Source: Octopus vulgaris | Lineage: Eukaryota | DNA length: 64,000 nucleotides | Direction: 5' to 3' | Assembly (NCBI GenBank): GCA_951406725.2 | Contig: OX597837.1 | Span: forward strand, 42,160,001-42,224,000 | Shown here: positions 26,448 through 39,551 of the stretch, in pieces | How positions within the stretch are numbered: position 1 is the stretch's first letter | How the letters are laid out: each line of letters begins with the position of its first letter | Made by a program: the position numbers and the translations under genes | Notes under the pieces: generated by a model | What the model saw: the letters and a program-made list of their open reading frames with translations, nothing else | Told to the model about the DNA's origin: nothing | Databases searched by the model: none

Positions 26448-27610
26448 TATGAACATCAGAAGCTGTGCTGTGGATAGCAGCTGTTCAAAAAGACTGATTC
26501 AGAGCTGGCAAGACTGCAAGACAAATCATCGTGAAGGCACAAGCGTAATATTGCTGTGCACTACTTGCTGTGATATATACATGAAAATGGGTGCAGGTGG
26601 ACGCTGCGTGTCAGAACATCAATGTAAAAAAAAAATGGAAAACTTCAGATTTATCCCCAGACATACAACCAAAACAAATGGTAGCAGGAAGGCAGGGGTC
26701 ACTGTGTAACGTTGCTACCAATTAGTTTTCAAAGAAAACACACAGACATAGTGTGCCGTTATGAGTGTATACACATATACGCACGCCCTCACGTATGTGC
26801 AAACGCATACATATATTGTATGATATGCCACAGACATGCTGCTAAACGAATGATTTGCAATTTGTTATGCAAGGAAATTGACAAATTGACAGGTGCAACA
26901 ATAAAACATGTGCCTTCAACATTTATTGAGAAAAAATGCCTCTAATGGAAACTGTTAGGTAGACCGTTTTGGTTTATTGTTTGTTAGCAGTACATGATAA
27001 CTAGGGCAATAGAGAGGGTGAGAGAGAGAAGAAGAGAGAGGGAGAGAGTGAGAGAGAGAGAGGGAGAGAGGGATAGAGGGAGAGAGAGAGAGAGAGAAAG
27101 AGGATGATTGATTATTCAAATGTACCATCTAGAAAATTAGCAATTACACAAGATAGAAAGCAGGGAAGAACCAGATTCTCACACACAGACACACACACAG
27201 ACACACACACATATACATATACACAAAGGTACAAACACACGCAGAGACATACACATACACACACACACAAATGTACAGACACATACAAATCAATGAACCA
27301 GTAAACTAGATTTTTAATCTAAGAAAAGAGGGCTGGGTTGCTACTGCTGTTGTGATATTTTTTTTTATGTATATATATTGGTGCTTATTTTTTTTTATTT
27401 CGTATATATTCTTCACTTACTTGTTTTTTTTTCTTTTTTCTTTTTTTTTCCTTTTTTTTACCGTTGTCGTCCTAACTGATAGCACCTAGTATCATGATAT
27501 CAAAAACCAATGAATAATTTTCTGCAAGTCTGCTGATATAACTAATATAAGTTATGTGTACCGAACTGTAAATACCATACAAGCCGAGCCATATTCATTC
27601 CTCAATTTCT

Positions 27611-27649
<39 letters not shown>

Positions 27650-28053
27650 CACTACTACTACTACTATTATTATTATTTATTTATTTGGTGTTTATACCAC
27701 AGAGATCCAATTAAATGGTTCTTTTGGATTTGCGATATATAGAAGAAAAAAAAATAATAAATAATTGAACAAATTTATAAATCATTAAAATTGAATCTTC
27801 TCTTTTTTTTTTTTTTTAACATTTATTTTTTTAGGGTTCCTTTTTTTTTTTTTGCTACTTTTTTCTTTTTTGCAGGGGTGGCGGTGGAGGTGGAGGTGGG
27901 GGTGGTGGGAGGCATTTTTAACCACATCCATGGTTAACCATGTAAATTACATGTTGAATTGCTGTACGAATTTTCATATATTTTAATGAATTATTGAAGC
28001 AGCAGTTTCATTATCCTCATGTCCTTTCCACTGAGCCATGAAATATGAGCTAT

Positions 28054-28093
<40 letters not shown>

Positions 28094-28117
28094 TATACAT
28101 ATGTGTGTGAGTATGTA

Positions 28118-28150
<33 letters not shown>

Positions 28151-28215
28151 TTATGTGTATACAAGTATATATATATGCATGTAGGTGTTTGTATGTGTAT
28201 ATATGTGCATGCTTT

Positions 28216-28250
<35 letters not shown>

Positions 28251-28323
28251 TTATATGTGTATGCAAGTATATATATGCATGTAGGTATGTGTATGCGTAA
28301 AAATGTGCATGTGTGTGTGTGTG

Positions 28324-28354
<31 letters not shown>

Positions 28355-28389
28355 TTATGCGTATGCAAGTAGGTGTTTGTATGTGTATG

Positions 28390-28424
<35 letters not shown>

Positions 28425-29270
28425 ATCATAAATTTTGCATTGATTTCCTCACAATATGTTGGCAGAGTAGGTTTGAAAAATTTAGGAATATTTTGTTAAG
28501 CAGCCGGTCAAATAAGTATTAATGAGTTTTGACTTTAAAAAAATTTTTTTGTACAATACTTATTCAGTCAACAGTGGAGTGAGATAAGAAAATGTTTCCA
28601 CTATGAGCAAGGTCTCAAAAATGGTGCTTGGCTTCAATCTCAGTAGAGATACACAGGCCAGAAGGACACCACTGAAATAAGATCTCAGTCTATCAAATAA
28701 TATTCTCTAAAAGTCTGCTACAATAGCAACATAGAATTAAATGGCCTGATGATATGAGCTGACAAAACCATAAACCAATGAGACAGCATTGGAACAGTTG
28801 CTTAATCTGCTAGAAATAGCTGGCAAATCTTCCATAAATTACATCCTATCATCTTGAAAAGAGACAGAGAGAGATACAGAACCATGCAGTCCTGTGAACC
28901 AAATTTTATGTGCAAGGCTTTGGGCAACTGACAGCACTATAGGAGAAGGCACTTGGTCAAGGTTGCCAGACAATGGGGACCAAATTTGAAACCCCATGGT
29001 TTACAAAGATAAAGATAAGTTTCTTAAATGCACAACCAACCAGTTCTGTACTCACTTGGTCATTTCATTGCTGGACAAAAAGCAAAAATTACCGAATGTA
29101 ACTGGTTTTATTCACTTGAAGCTCATGGAATTAAGAATAGTTAATTTGAAAATAAACCTTGTTTAGAAATTGAAAGCAGTGCTTTTGGCATGGATTCCCA
29201 CACCTCTCTCTCTCTCTCTCCCCCACCTGCCGCTGCCATTCCTGACAGTTTTCCAGAACAAGTACTTTAC

Positions 29271-29338
29271 CTGCTCAACCAGTGCACGTCTATTTACAAT
29301 ATTTGAATAAATGAAAATGTGGCATGGAATGTGAGAGA
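29271..29338 (-). other. Candidate 68-nt exon
   Basis: cttcctgtgttttcttttacag acceptor and CAG|gtaaag donor; one open frame SHIPCHIFIYSNIVNRRALVEQ; no homology recognised. Confidence 0.2.
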
Positions 29339-30454
29339 CTGTAAAAGAAAACACAGGAAGAAACACACAAAAGAAGAATGATGGATGCCTGTGGAATTAA
29401 AAAAAAAAAGAAAAAGAAAAGAGAAGTTAATACAGATAAGATATTAAAGAAAAGCAGCCAGAGGGCTAAGTTCTCGTTGGATTATGGTAATGATGGCATT
29501 CATTATTTGAAGGATTTACTGCAGAGTATTTCAATTTGAAGACAAAGCCAGCTGGTTGAAAATTCGCAAATAATAATTTCCAGTTTGTCTTGTTTCCATC
29601 TGACATTCCAAGATGTCGGGTTCTGTGGCGAGTAGCACTGAGGTGGTTCTGGAGGGGGGGATGTAAACGGCGGGGGTAAGTGTAAGCAAGAGGAATTTAT
29701 AAATCTACCCGTAATTATTAAAAAGAATGACAACGTGTGACAGTCGGTAATTAATAGCAGTTTTAGTTAGTAACGAGAAAATTCAAATATCTGAATGACC
29801 GATAGAATAAGTACTGGGCTTACAAAAAATAAATCCCGGGGTCGATTTGCTCAACTAAAGGCGGTGCTCCAGCATGGCCGCAGTCTATTGACTGAAACAG
29901 GTAAAAAGAGAAAGAGAAAAAAGAGAGAGACCAGAATAGAAACAGGTGATGCAGTGTGTGTGTAAGAGCATATGTGTGTGTGTGTGTGAGCATATGTGTG
30001 TGTGTGTGTGTGAGTATATATGTGTGTGTGTTTTGGATATTTCCAAGAATTCTTTCTAATTTTTGGATATTTCCAAGAATGCTAATAATTCTTTCTAATT
30101 TTGGCACAAGACCAGTAATTTTGAGGGCAAGAGAAAGTTGATTACATCAACCTCCAACGCTCAACTGGTACTTATTCTGCTGACCTCAAAAGGATAATAG
30201 AGACAGCACAATACAAATTACAAATTTAAGAGTTAATGCAAATAAATAGCTCAAAGAGAAGGGGTGTTTCTGATTTTTGTAAGGAACGTGGGGAGGAAGT
30301 TTACCTTTTCGCCTATCCTGTGTATCACATTTGATACATAAGACATATTTCCCTGGTGTCCATGCTTCATATATGATACACATTCTCAACATTTTTCAAC
30401 CACCAGAGTAACTTAGGACTTATGAAAAGAAACTTTATATTACTCAGAATAAGT

Positions 30455-30684
30455 TGGCGAGCTGGCAGAAACGTTAGCACGCCGGGCAAAATGCTTAGCG
30501 GTATTTTGTCTGTTGTTACGTTCTGAGTTCAAATTCCGCCAAAGGTCAACTTTGCCTTTCATCCTTTTGGGGTCGATTAAATAAGTACCAGTTATGCACT
30601 GGGGTTGATATAATCAACTTAATCCGTTTGTCTGTCCTTGTTTGTACCCTCTATGTTTAGCCCCTTGTGGACAGTAAAGAAATA
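30455..30684 (+). mobile_element. SINE A full-length monomer
   Basis: TSD tatattactcagaa (30436-30449, 30685-30698). Confidence 0.9.
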
Positions 30685-30913
30685 TATATTACTCAGAACG
30701 TGTGAAAAAAGGGGCTAACTCAAAAGTCTGAAACCAAGCACAAACATTTAAGATAAACTTAATGAAAATGCTTTGGACAAGGAAAGGGTTTAACAGTTTT
30801 TTTACTTTAAGGGTGGAGCACAAGGCCGACAAAATTACGAGGAGATTGATACCTTTGACCACAGCCCTTGACTAGTACTTTACTGAATTGAAGAGGATAA
30901 AAAGGATTGACCT

Positions 30914-31399
30914 TCATCATCATCATTGTTCGACCGTGGTCGAGACAATGGAATTTACCATGCAACGCCAGACTTCACGGTCCATCATGGCATTACAGAG
31001 GTCCTGTTGCTGGATGCCTGTATCCCTGGAGATTACATCAGGGTAGGAGAGTGTGCGCCCTCTGGTATTGCGAGTAGATGGCTTCAAGAGGAGAAGAGTA
31101 GAAATTGCCTCATTTTCAGCTCTTCAACGATGTCCAGCAAACTGGACTCTCCTACCTTTCACAAGAGATGACACAGGTGGTAGTTTCCCATATATTTGCA
31201 TTTTGGTTGGATGATGCCTCCACGAGAGATTTTGAGCTCTCATAACGAGGCGAGTGTAAGTTCCATCCAACCGCCTCTCAAGCTTCTTTGATAACGTCCA
31301 GGTTTCTGAGCCATATAGTAGAATTGGTTTGACTGTGGCTTTGAAGATTTCAAGTTTGAAGTCTCTACTTAGATTTAATGACCAGATCTTATGCAGATC
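30914..31399 (-). mobile_element. RTE-like LINE, 5'-truncated, nested in an old SINE A
   Basis: LHKIWSLNLSRDFKLEIFKATVKPILLYGSETWTLSKKLERRLDGTYTRL... with the RTE hallmark P.LLYGSETW; (TGA)n tail; TSD ttgacctt. Confidence 0.92.
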
Positions 31400-34322
31400 T
31401 TGACCTTGGTGGAATTTGAACTCAGAATGTAGCAAACAAGAACAAATGCCGCAAAGCATTTTTCCTGATCCTTTAGCAATTCTGCCAGCAATCCAATTTA
31501 GGTGGGAGTTAAATATTACACGATAAATCATAGTAAGGATTAATCAATGGGGAGTAATTAGTTGAATGTGGAGTAATTAGTCCAGATGGGAGTAATTAAA
31601 TTAATGAGCTGCAAACTATAATGGCAAGTAATATCTTCAGTATTACAATGCCAAATATTCATAGTATAATCACTTGATTAGCTGGAGTATCAATGATAAA
31701 TTTATAGACGGAAGGAGGACCGTTTAAGCAGCATCAAACTCTGCTGCATGCAATGCAATTCCTTATTCAGGTCACACACTGCAGACTCAAAAATTTGAAA
31801 TTAGAATGCATAAATTTATATGGATATGTGTGAAAACACTGATTACTCTCAGTAATAATGATATTTACTGATCAGAATTCATTTGATGGTTTTTAATTCT
31901 GACAGAAATAGTTTAATTAAGTCTTCGCTTTCAGTGACAATTTCTTATGATAAAGGTGTGGGAAATCGCACTGGAATTTGGCTGTCGTTCTTGAGGGAGC
32001 TCGATAAAATGAATAAGTATGAATAAAATATGATTAAGACAGAGAGGGCAAGTGGTGCAGCAGGAATAAGCATTGAGGATGACAGAAACATCTTGCTTAA
32101 GGTCAGAGCATCTGATTCAATAAAGCTTGTGTTGCTGTGTGGAGTTGTGCTGTTGCCTACAAAGGTGGTACTGGTTGGTAGTGGGCATGCCTGGGATCAC
32201 AGTGGAAGGAGCTGAAACACCTACAGAACTGCTTCACCACCTGATGAAACATCAACTTCTGCATTCAAAGACAGTACAGTAGCACCTTCAGTACACAGGT
32301 GTGTACCCTCGATCCCTTTCAAAATGTGTGCAATTACACATAGATTATAAATCATTGTAATTATAGCAAAAAAAAGAAAAAAAATGGAAGCTCCAGGAAA
32401 GTAAATTCTGTCATAGGAATTTGAGACCTAATTGTAAATTATTTTATTACCTTAAATGCCCTTGGTAAATGAAATATTTGGAAACTTAGTTAAATTAATA
32501 TTAAGAAATTTAATCTAGTATCAACAATCTAATTAGAAATAATTAGAAAATTATTCTCATCCTCCTCTCCTCACAGTCAACACACTACTCACTAACTGCC
32601 ATTATACTCTTACTCATTTTCACCTTTATATCCAGGTACTTCCTCAGTTTTCACAATTTCCTGAGTCACATTGCTTTCTGTCATTGAGCTATCTTCTTTC
32701 TCACACTACCTTGATTGTATGCACACATCACAGGATATTGAGTACTCCAGTCACTCATCCCTCTTATGAGATGTCACTATTGTTCATGCTTCTCTCTCTT
32801 TATCTTTCAAGCCTCTCACCCTGTAGAGAGGTTGGTGAGAAAGCAGAAGCAAAACCAGTTCTCTTTGGTTGTATTGGTGGACATGGTTACCCTTATAGTT
32901 CTGGTGCTACCAAAAAGAAAATGCATCAATGTATACAGACACACAACAAGCATCTTTTGGTTTCTGTCTACCAAATCCACTCACTTTGGTTGGTGTGTGT
33001 CTATAGTAGAAGACACTTTCTCAAGGTGCCATGAAACCAAGTCATTCGGGAGCAAGCTTGTTACCACACAGCCATACCTGCACCTATAAGAATAAGTACA
33101 AATATGTACCAGGCTTCAAAAGTAAGTCTCGGGATCCATTTGATCTCCTAACCCTTTCAAGGTGGTGGCTTTGGCAGTTGCCACAGTCAATGACAGAAAC
33201 GTGTAAAAGAATATAAAAGAACACAAGAATTAAACATGTTCACACTAACTTAGCTATTGTCTTTTCTGCAGATGACCTCCCCAAGCAGCTGACCTCAGTG
33301 AGTTATTTTTTGAAAAATAGACATCTAATGTTTAACTAGTTATTTTATATACAAGCAAAATAAACAAATAGTGTTTTTTATAGCTACAATCAACACTTTT
33401 CTTCGTCATTGATTATATCTTTTTTTTTCTTTTTACTTTTTTTCTTTTTTTTTTCACTACATAAAACTATATCCAGAGGGGATCTTTTGGCCATCTCAAG
33501 CAAAAATATTGACTACAAAATAGCAAACCAATACTATTGTTTATAAAATGTTGCTAATTCTTAAACAGAAACCAGTTCCTTATCTTCTCCTATTTAGTCC
33601 GACAATTATGAGCGAGCCAAAAAAAAAAAAAATAAAAAGACGAAGGAAAAAAATCAAAACAGTTCTACAGAAGGAAAACAAAAAAAAAAAAAGAAAGGAA
33701 AATATTACAACCAGACAATTAACTACAGACTGTCATAAATATGATATTTCTATCTTTGTCTTTGAAAAACAAATCTGTCAAGTTGTGTTATGTTCATTGT
33801 TCACAGTTGGCTAAGAGAAAAGATATTCTTCAGTCAATAAATAAGGAAGAAAAAAAAAAGAATCTATTCTGTTACTAAAGACGGAGAGACGTGAATTCAG
33901 ACTGAAGGCTGCAACTGAAAATGTTTTCCAGCATTTAGTTTGATATATTCTTTTCGGTTCAAATCTTCCTGTGGCTTATATCATCTTGTTTTGCTTTTTG
34001 CATTTTTTCTCTCTCTCTCTCTCTCACTCCTCCCTCAAATACATTCCCACTCACATCTATATAAATATAGAACCTAAAAACTAGGAGATAGACAGACAGA
34101 CAGGCCTGAATTAGACACAGTAATGAGGGCATGTTAATGATGAGGTCACAAATGGCAAGAAAGGGATTTCAACGAACCTAGTTAACTGATAGATTGACTG
34201 AATGATTAATCAAACAATTGATAAGTTAACTGATTAAATAATTAACCAGTTGACTAATAAAATATAAAGAAGTGAAACAGAACCAGTACATGTGTTTATT
34301 ATTGGCATAATGACCCTCTCAA

Positions 34323-34811
34323 GATACAAAACAAAATATACCTATCTTATTTATCTGAATAGAAAATACATTTTCAAAAACATATCGTTCAAAAATATCG
34401 ATTTCATCTCAGTCGAGGGAGAGGGGCTTTCTCCATCCGGGTTGCAGATCCATGGAGTGGGCTGCCGGACGAGATGGTGAGGATGCCAAGAACCACTCGG
34501 TTCAAAGTCTCACTTCGATACAAAACAAAATATACTATCTTATTTATCTGAATATAAAATACTTTTTCAAAAACATATCGATTTCATCTCAATCAAGGGA
34601 GAGGGGCTTTCTCCGTCCGGGTTGCGGATCTGTGGAGTGGGCTGCCGGACGAGATGGTGAGGATGCCGACGACCGCTCGGTTCAAAGTCTCCCTTGACCA
34701 GAAATGGCCTGAACTCTTTGTATGACCACCCTCCCTGTACGTAACTCCCTGTCCCCCTACATGACCTTGCCTTTTGCTTTTTGAGCCAATAAAAATTGAA
34801 TTGAATTGAAA
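34323..34811 (+). mobile_element. CR1-clade LINE 3' end with ~194-bp tandem duplication
   Basis: RFHLNQGRGAFSVRVADLWSGLPDEMVRMPTTARFKVSLDQKWPELFV*, then 3' UTR, aataaa and an (ATTGA)n tail; units start at 34323 and 34517. Confidence 0.8.
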
Positions 34812-35009
34812 TCATTTGGAACCAAATGTAAGTTGTTACATTTTCTCATTGTAATGAAGGAAAGTTAAGGACAAGGACACAATGAATAATGTAGTCCTAG
34901 ATAGCCTTGAAATAGGGATCAGCAACTTCATTTTATTATGGCCTACTTTCAACTTCATTTTTACATATGTGGCTATGGTTCACAAGGTATTTTAATATAG
35001 CTTACATAT

Positions 35010-35177
35010 AAGTCGATTATATCGACCCCAGTGCATAACTGGTACTAATTTAATTGACCTCCGAAAGGATGAAAGGCAAAGTCGACCTCGGCGGAATTTG
35101 AACTCAGAACGTAGCGGCAGACGAAAAACTGCTAAGTATTTCACCCGGTGTGATAACGTGTCTGCCAGTTCGCCACC
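35010..35177 (-). mobile_element. SINE A
   Basis: Reverse complement of family A head and body. Confidence 0.8.
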
Positions 35178-36022
35178 TTGGGGAGCAAGCTTCTTAACAA
35201 ACAGCAACACCTGTACCTGTTTGTGTACTTTTATACAAAAGATTATCTAAAAACCGATCAACTGCTCAATGTCCCACAAATACATTGAATGTGAAAACCA
35301 TTTAGAAAAGATCTGAGGTCCAACAGATGCCAAACTCTGCCCCAAACTGACACAAGATGATGGCACTTGGAACATCTAAGACCAAGTGTGACCAAGTGCT
35401 AAGCAACAACAGAGCTAGTCTAGGGTGGGGAGGACAGCATAGGTCAAGGGTACTGCTAATGCTTTTCTCCTGATTAAATAAGTTATTATCTATTTAAAAG
35501 GTTTCACAAAATGCTTCTAAGGTTTCTTTTCAATGCAGTTCAATAAAATAGTTTTATTAGACCAAAGCTAAGAAAGAAACAAGGTTAAAACATATTGCAG
35601 AGGAATCAATAACATATCACGCACAATAAGGGAAAAAAAAGTAATGTATTTATTTTACTTAGATGAAGTCTATAAATTTCGATTAAGTGTGAATATTTGT
35701 ATGTATAAAGGTATACACGCACATACACACACACTCGTACATGCACACATATACACACTCATACATGCACACATATACACTAATACACACACATACATGC
35801 ACACATATACACTAATACACACTCATACATACATATACATTAATACACACACACACATACATACATATACACTAATACACACACACACACACATATAAAC
35901 GGACATGTACATACATACATACACACACATATATATATATACACACATACATACACACACACATAAACACATACACACACACATATATATATAAACACAG
36001 ACATGTACATACATACATATAT

Positions 36023-36073
<51 letters not shown>

Positions 36074-36305
36074 AACACATACACACATATATATAACAGA
36101 CATGTACATACATACATATATACATATATACACACACACACATACATACATAAACACACACACATATATACACCCAACTCATATTCCATATATGTATATA
36201 TATAAATATTTATTGCCAGATCTGACTGGGCCTGACGAAGCCTTCCAGCTTCACAGACCCCAGTTGACCCATCCAACCCATGCTAGCATGGAAAGCGGAC
36301 GCTAA

Positions 36306-36341
<36 letters not shown>

Positions 36342-37458
36342 TACATATATACACAGAGAAATGCTTGAAAAGGGGTTTCATTATTTTAAAGCTCGTCATT
36401 CGGAATGACGAGAATGTTTAACTGATGGAGAGGGCCCAAGAAAATATTCGGAGCAGGGTCGACTTTATCATAATTTTCCTTTTGATTCACACGTCAAGTT
36501 TTATGAAAATGACTTATTCACACGCACACACACACAAGCACACAAGCACACACACACATCGTAAAGTGATATTATCGACGTCAATAAATTGATAAAAAAA
36601 CCAGTTAACAGCACAAATGCAGAATGGAAGAAGAAGAAGAAGAAGAAGAAAAATAAAAAAGGAAAAATATTATTAAAAACTATTAAAGAATCGATGCTAA
36701 AACACAACACAAAACAAAAGCCGCGAACTATAACAAATTCATAAAGACCACCAACAAAAACATAACACACGTGTACACGCATATACGCAGCCACAATAAC
36801 AGGTATGCTCTGGAAATATGTAAGTTTAATTGGTGTGTTGTACAATGTGAATGATACAGGGAGACCTACCAAGTACTTGTTTAGACCTGGAAGGGAAGCC
36901 ATTACAAAGAACATGGCATGTCAAATATTAAACTGCCATTTCCATTGGAGTATAACTTATATATTTTACATTTGTTTTTTTTTTTTTGCCTTTCCTTCCT
37001 CGCCCACCACCTCACCACCCCACCGCCATCTCAACTTTCCGCACACTTCTTCTCCCTTTCTACTTATTTTGCCTCGACTCGTTTTTGTTTCACTCATTAT
37101 TGTCGTGTTGTTGTTGTTGTTGTCGTCGGTGGTGGTGGTGGTGGTGGTGGAGGTGGTTGTGGTGGGGGAGGTTACAAAATGATTTCCAATGTTATTGATA
37201 TTGAAAATATTCAGAACGTAACAGAAAAGAAAAGAAAAAAATCTTTAAAAAAAAAAAAAACAAACAAAAAATAGCATGAAAATTATGTACACACATTCAG
37301 CAGTAACATAACAGTAGGTGGGTGGGGTGGTGATGCATTTTATGGTGGTGGTGGTTGTGGGGAGGACGCTTGACACTTTTCGATCTGTTCTATAAACTTA
37401 GGGACCTGAGCATATCCAAGGGTTGACTTGGATAACACATCTAGCTACACAACTACAA

Positions 37459-37876
37459 GGCGGCAAGCTGGCAGAAACGTTAGCATGCCGGGCAAAATGC
37501 TTAGCGGTATTTTGTCTGCCGCTACGTTATGAGTTCAAATTCCGCCGAGGTCGACTTTGCCTTTCATCCTTTCGGGGTCGATAAATTAAGTACCAGTTAC
37601 ACACTGGGGTTGATATAATCGACTTAATCCGTTTGTCTGTCCTTGTTTGTCCCCTCTGTGTTTAGCCCCTTGTGGCTAGTAAAGAAATAGGTATTTCGTC
37701 TGCTGTTATGTTCTGAGTTCAATTTCCGCCGAGGTTGACTTTGCCTTTCATCCTTTCGGGGTCGATAAATTAAGTACCAGTTACACACTGGGGGTCGATG
37801 TAATCAACTTAATCCCTTTGTCTGTCCTTGTTTGTCCCCTCTATGTTTAGCCCCTTGTGGGCAATAAAGAAATAAG
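37459..37876 (+). mobile_element. SINE A dimer
   Basis: Head + two bodies; TSD caactaca (37450-37457, 37877-37884). Confidence 0.88.
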
Positions 37877-38232
37877 CAACTACATCATGTAAAGACACAC
37901 ACACACTCTCTCTCTCTAATGGCCTCTGTTCCTCAGAGTCGACTGATCTCACACTTCTCCACTCAAGTATTTTTGATCCACCTATTACACTCCTATTCCA
38001 ACACCCACATACCTGTCCCTTTAGTAACGACCATATCCAATCCCTTCTCCTACTGAACATCAATCCCCTGGAATTTCCTCCCTCCTCACATCTTTCCTGA
38101 AGGTGATGCCCAGCAAGTTTAATCGGAACTTTAGGAACATTGGTCTTACCAATCTCAGAAAACCTGCAAAGGTCAAGGCTGCTGCAACTTTCTCCAAACT
38201 CAGCAAATATGAAAAAAAAAAAGTCTGGACAT

Positions 38233-38391
38233 AGGCGCAGGAGTGGGTGTGTGGTAAATAGCTTGCTTACCAACCACATGGTTGTAGGTTCATTCCCACT
38301 GTGTCGCACCTTAGGCAAGTGTCTTCTACTATAGTGTCGTGCTGACCAAAGCCTTGTGAGTGGATTTGGTAGATGGAAACTGAAAGAAGCC

Positions 38392-38428
<37 letters not shown>

Positions 38429-38526
38429 TGCAGGAGTGACTGTGTGGTAAGTAGCTTGCTTACCAACCACATGGTTCTGAGTTCATTCCTACTGCATGGC
38501 ACCTAGGGCAAGTGTCTTCTACTATA
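38233..38526 (+). mobile_element. SINE family B, two tandem 5' portions
   Basis: ggcgcaggagtgg...gtggtaa.tagcttgcttaccaaccacatggtt...ggcaagtgtcttctactatag occurs twice, separated by (TA)n. Confidence 0.8.
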
Positions 38527-39517
38527 GAGGAAAAAGAGAAAAGAGGTAGAGAAAGGGTGCTGCTGTTTAACACTGAATCAGTCCTGATTGAGCAGGACTG
38601 ACTTGGTGTTAAATAATCAAAGGTATTCTAGGAAGGATGTAGAAGCAAAAGCATTCCAGTTGCAGTGGTGGTGGTCGTGGTGGTATCAGAAATGAAACAA
38701 TAATAATCTCATCTTAACCTCCTCACATCTTCCTGTCACCGTCGCTGCAACGAAACAACTGTAACACTAATGAACTTGTTGGTCTTGTGTAATAAGGCAC
38801 TTAAGCCAAGAACCAAGTTACCACTCTCTCCCTCTCTCTCTGTTCACACTGTAGAAAACTCAAACACACAAACACATACATACAAAAACAAACCCCATTT
38901 AAAAACAAAAAACACCATTAAAATCAGAAGAAAAACAAAAACAAAACATGCTAATTTGGAACGCCGGAACAAATGTAGAATGTTTGGCTTTCCTACTGCC
39001 TATGTTCATAGCCTAAACACAAATATCTGAACTAAAACACCATCTACCCCAATGATGCAATGATGCTTAACACTGTCTATAGTCGCCCCCTGGCTACATA
39101 TCTAACACTACTAATTAGAGAAATATCAAGCAGAAAATATGATTCTAATTAGGAGAACTTGCATCTCCTCCTCTGCTATCACTATCATTATGATGGTGAC
39201 ATCTTACATCTTCTTATAAATCAAAAGCGTTTATTTAGCAGAAACACTCATAGAAATGCAGTGTTTAGCGGTTAAAGTGGGGGAATTTTTATCTTAACCT
39301 GAAGTAACAAATTTAGCCAATGATACCATAACATGAATATTTTTTTTTTTTTTAGAATAAGCACACTGCCTCTCTACTGTTATAAGAAGTAACCAAGAGT
39401 TGGTGACAGCAAGAGCCTCCAGGCGTGAAACAGCTCCAGAAAAATATACAGCTATGTCAGTATGGTAATGAGGATGATAACATGTTCCAGCTATGATTAC
39501 AGGTGCATACTGAAGCC

Positions 39518-39551
<34 letters not shown>

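Noticed and set aside
29545-29615. miR-133-like ttcaaccagctg on the minus strand
   Set aside because: The seed differs from UUUGGUCC and the flanks do not form a good hairpin.
37809-38318. 169-aa minus-strand ORF
   Set aside because: Spans SINE B, a decayed repeat and a SINE A tail; a chance fusion.
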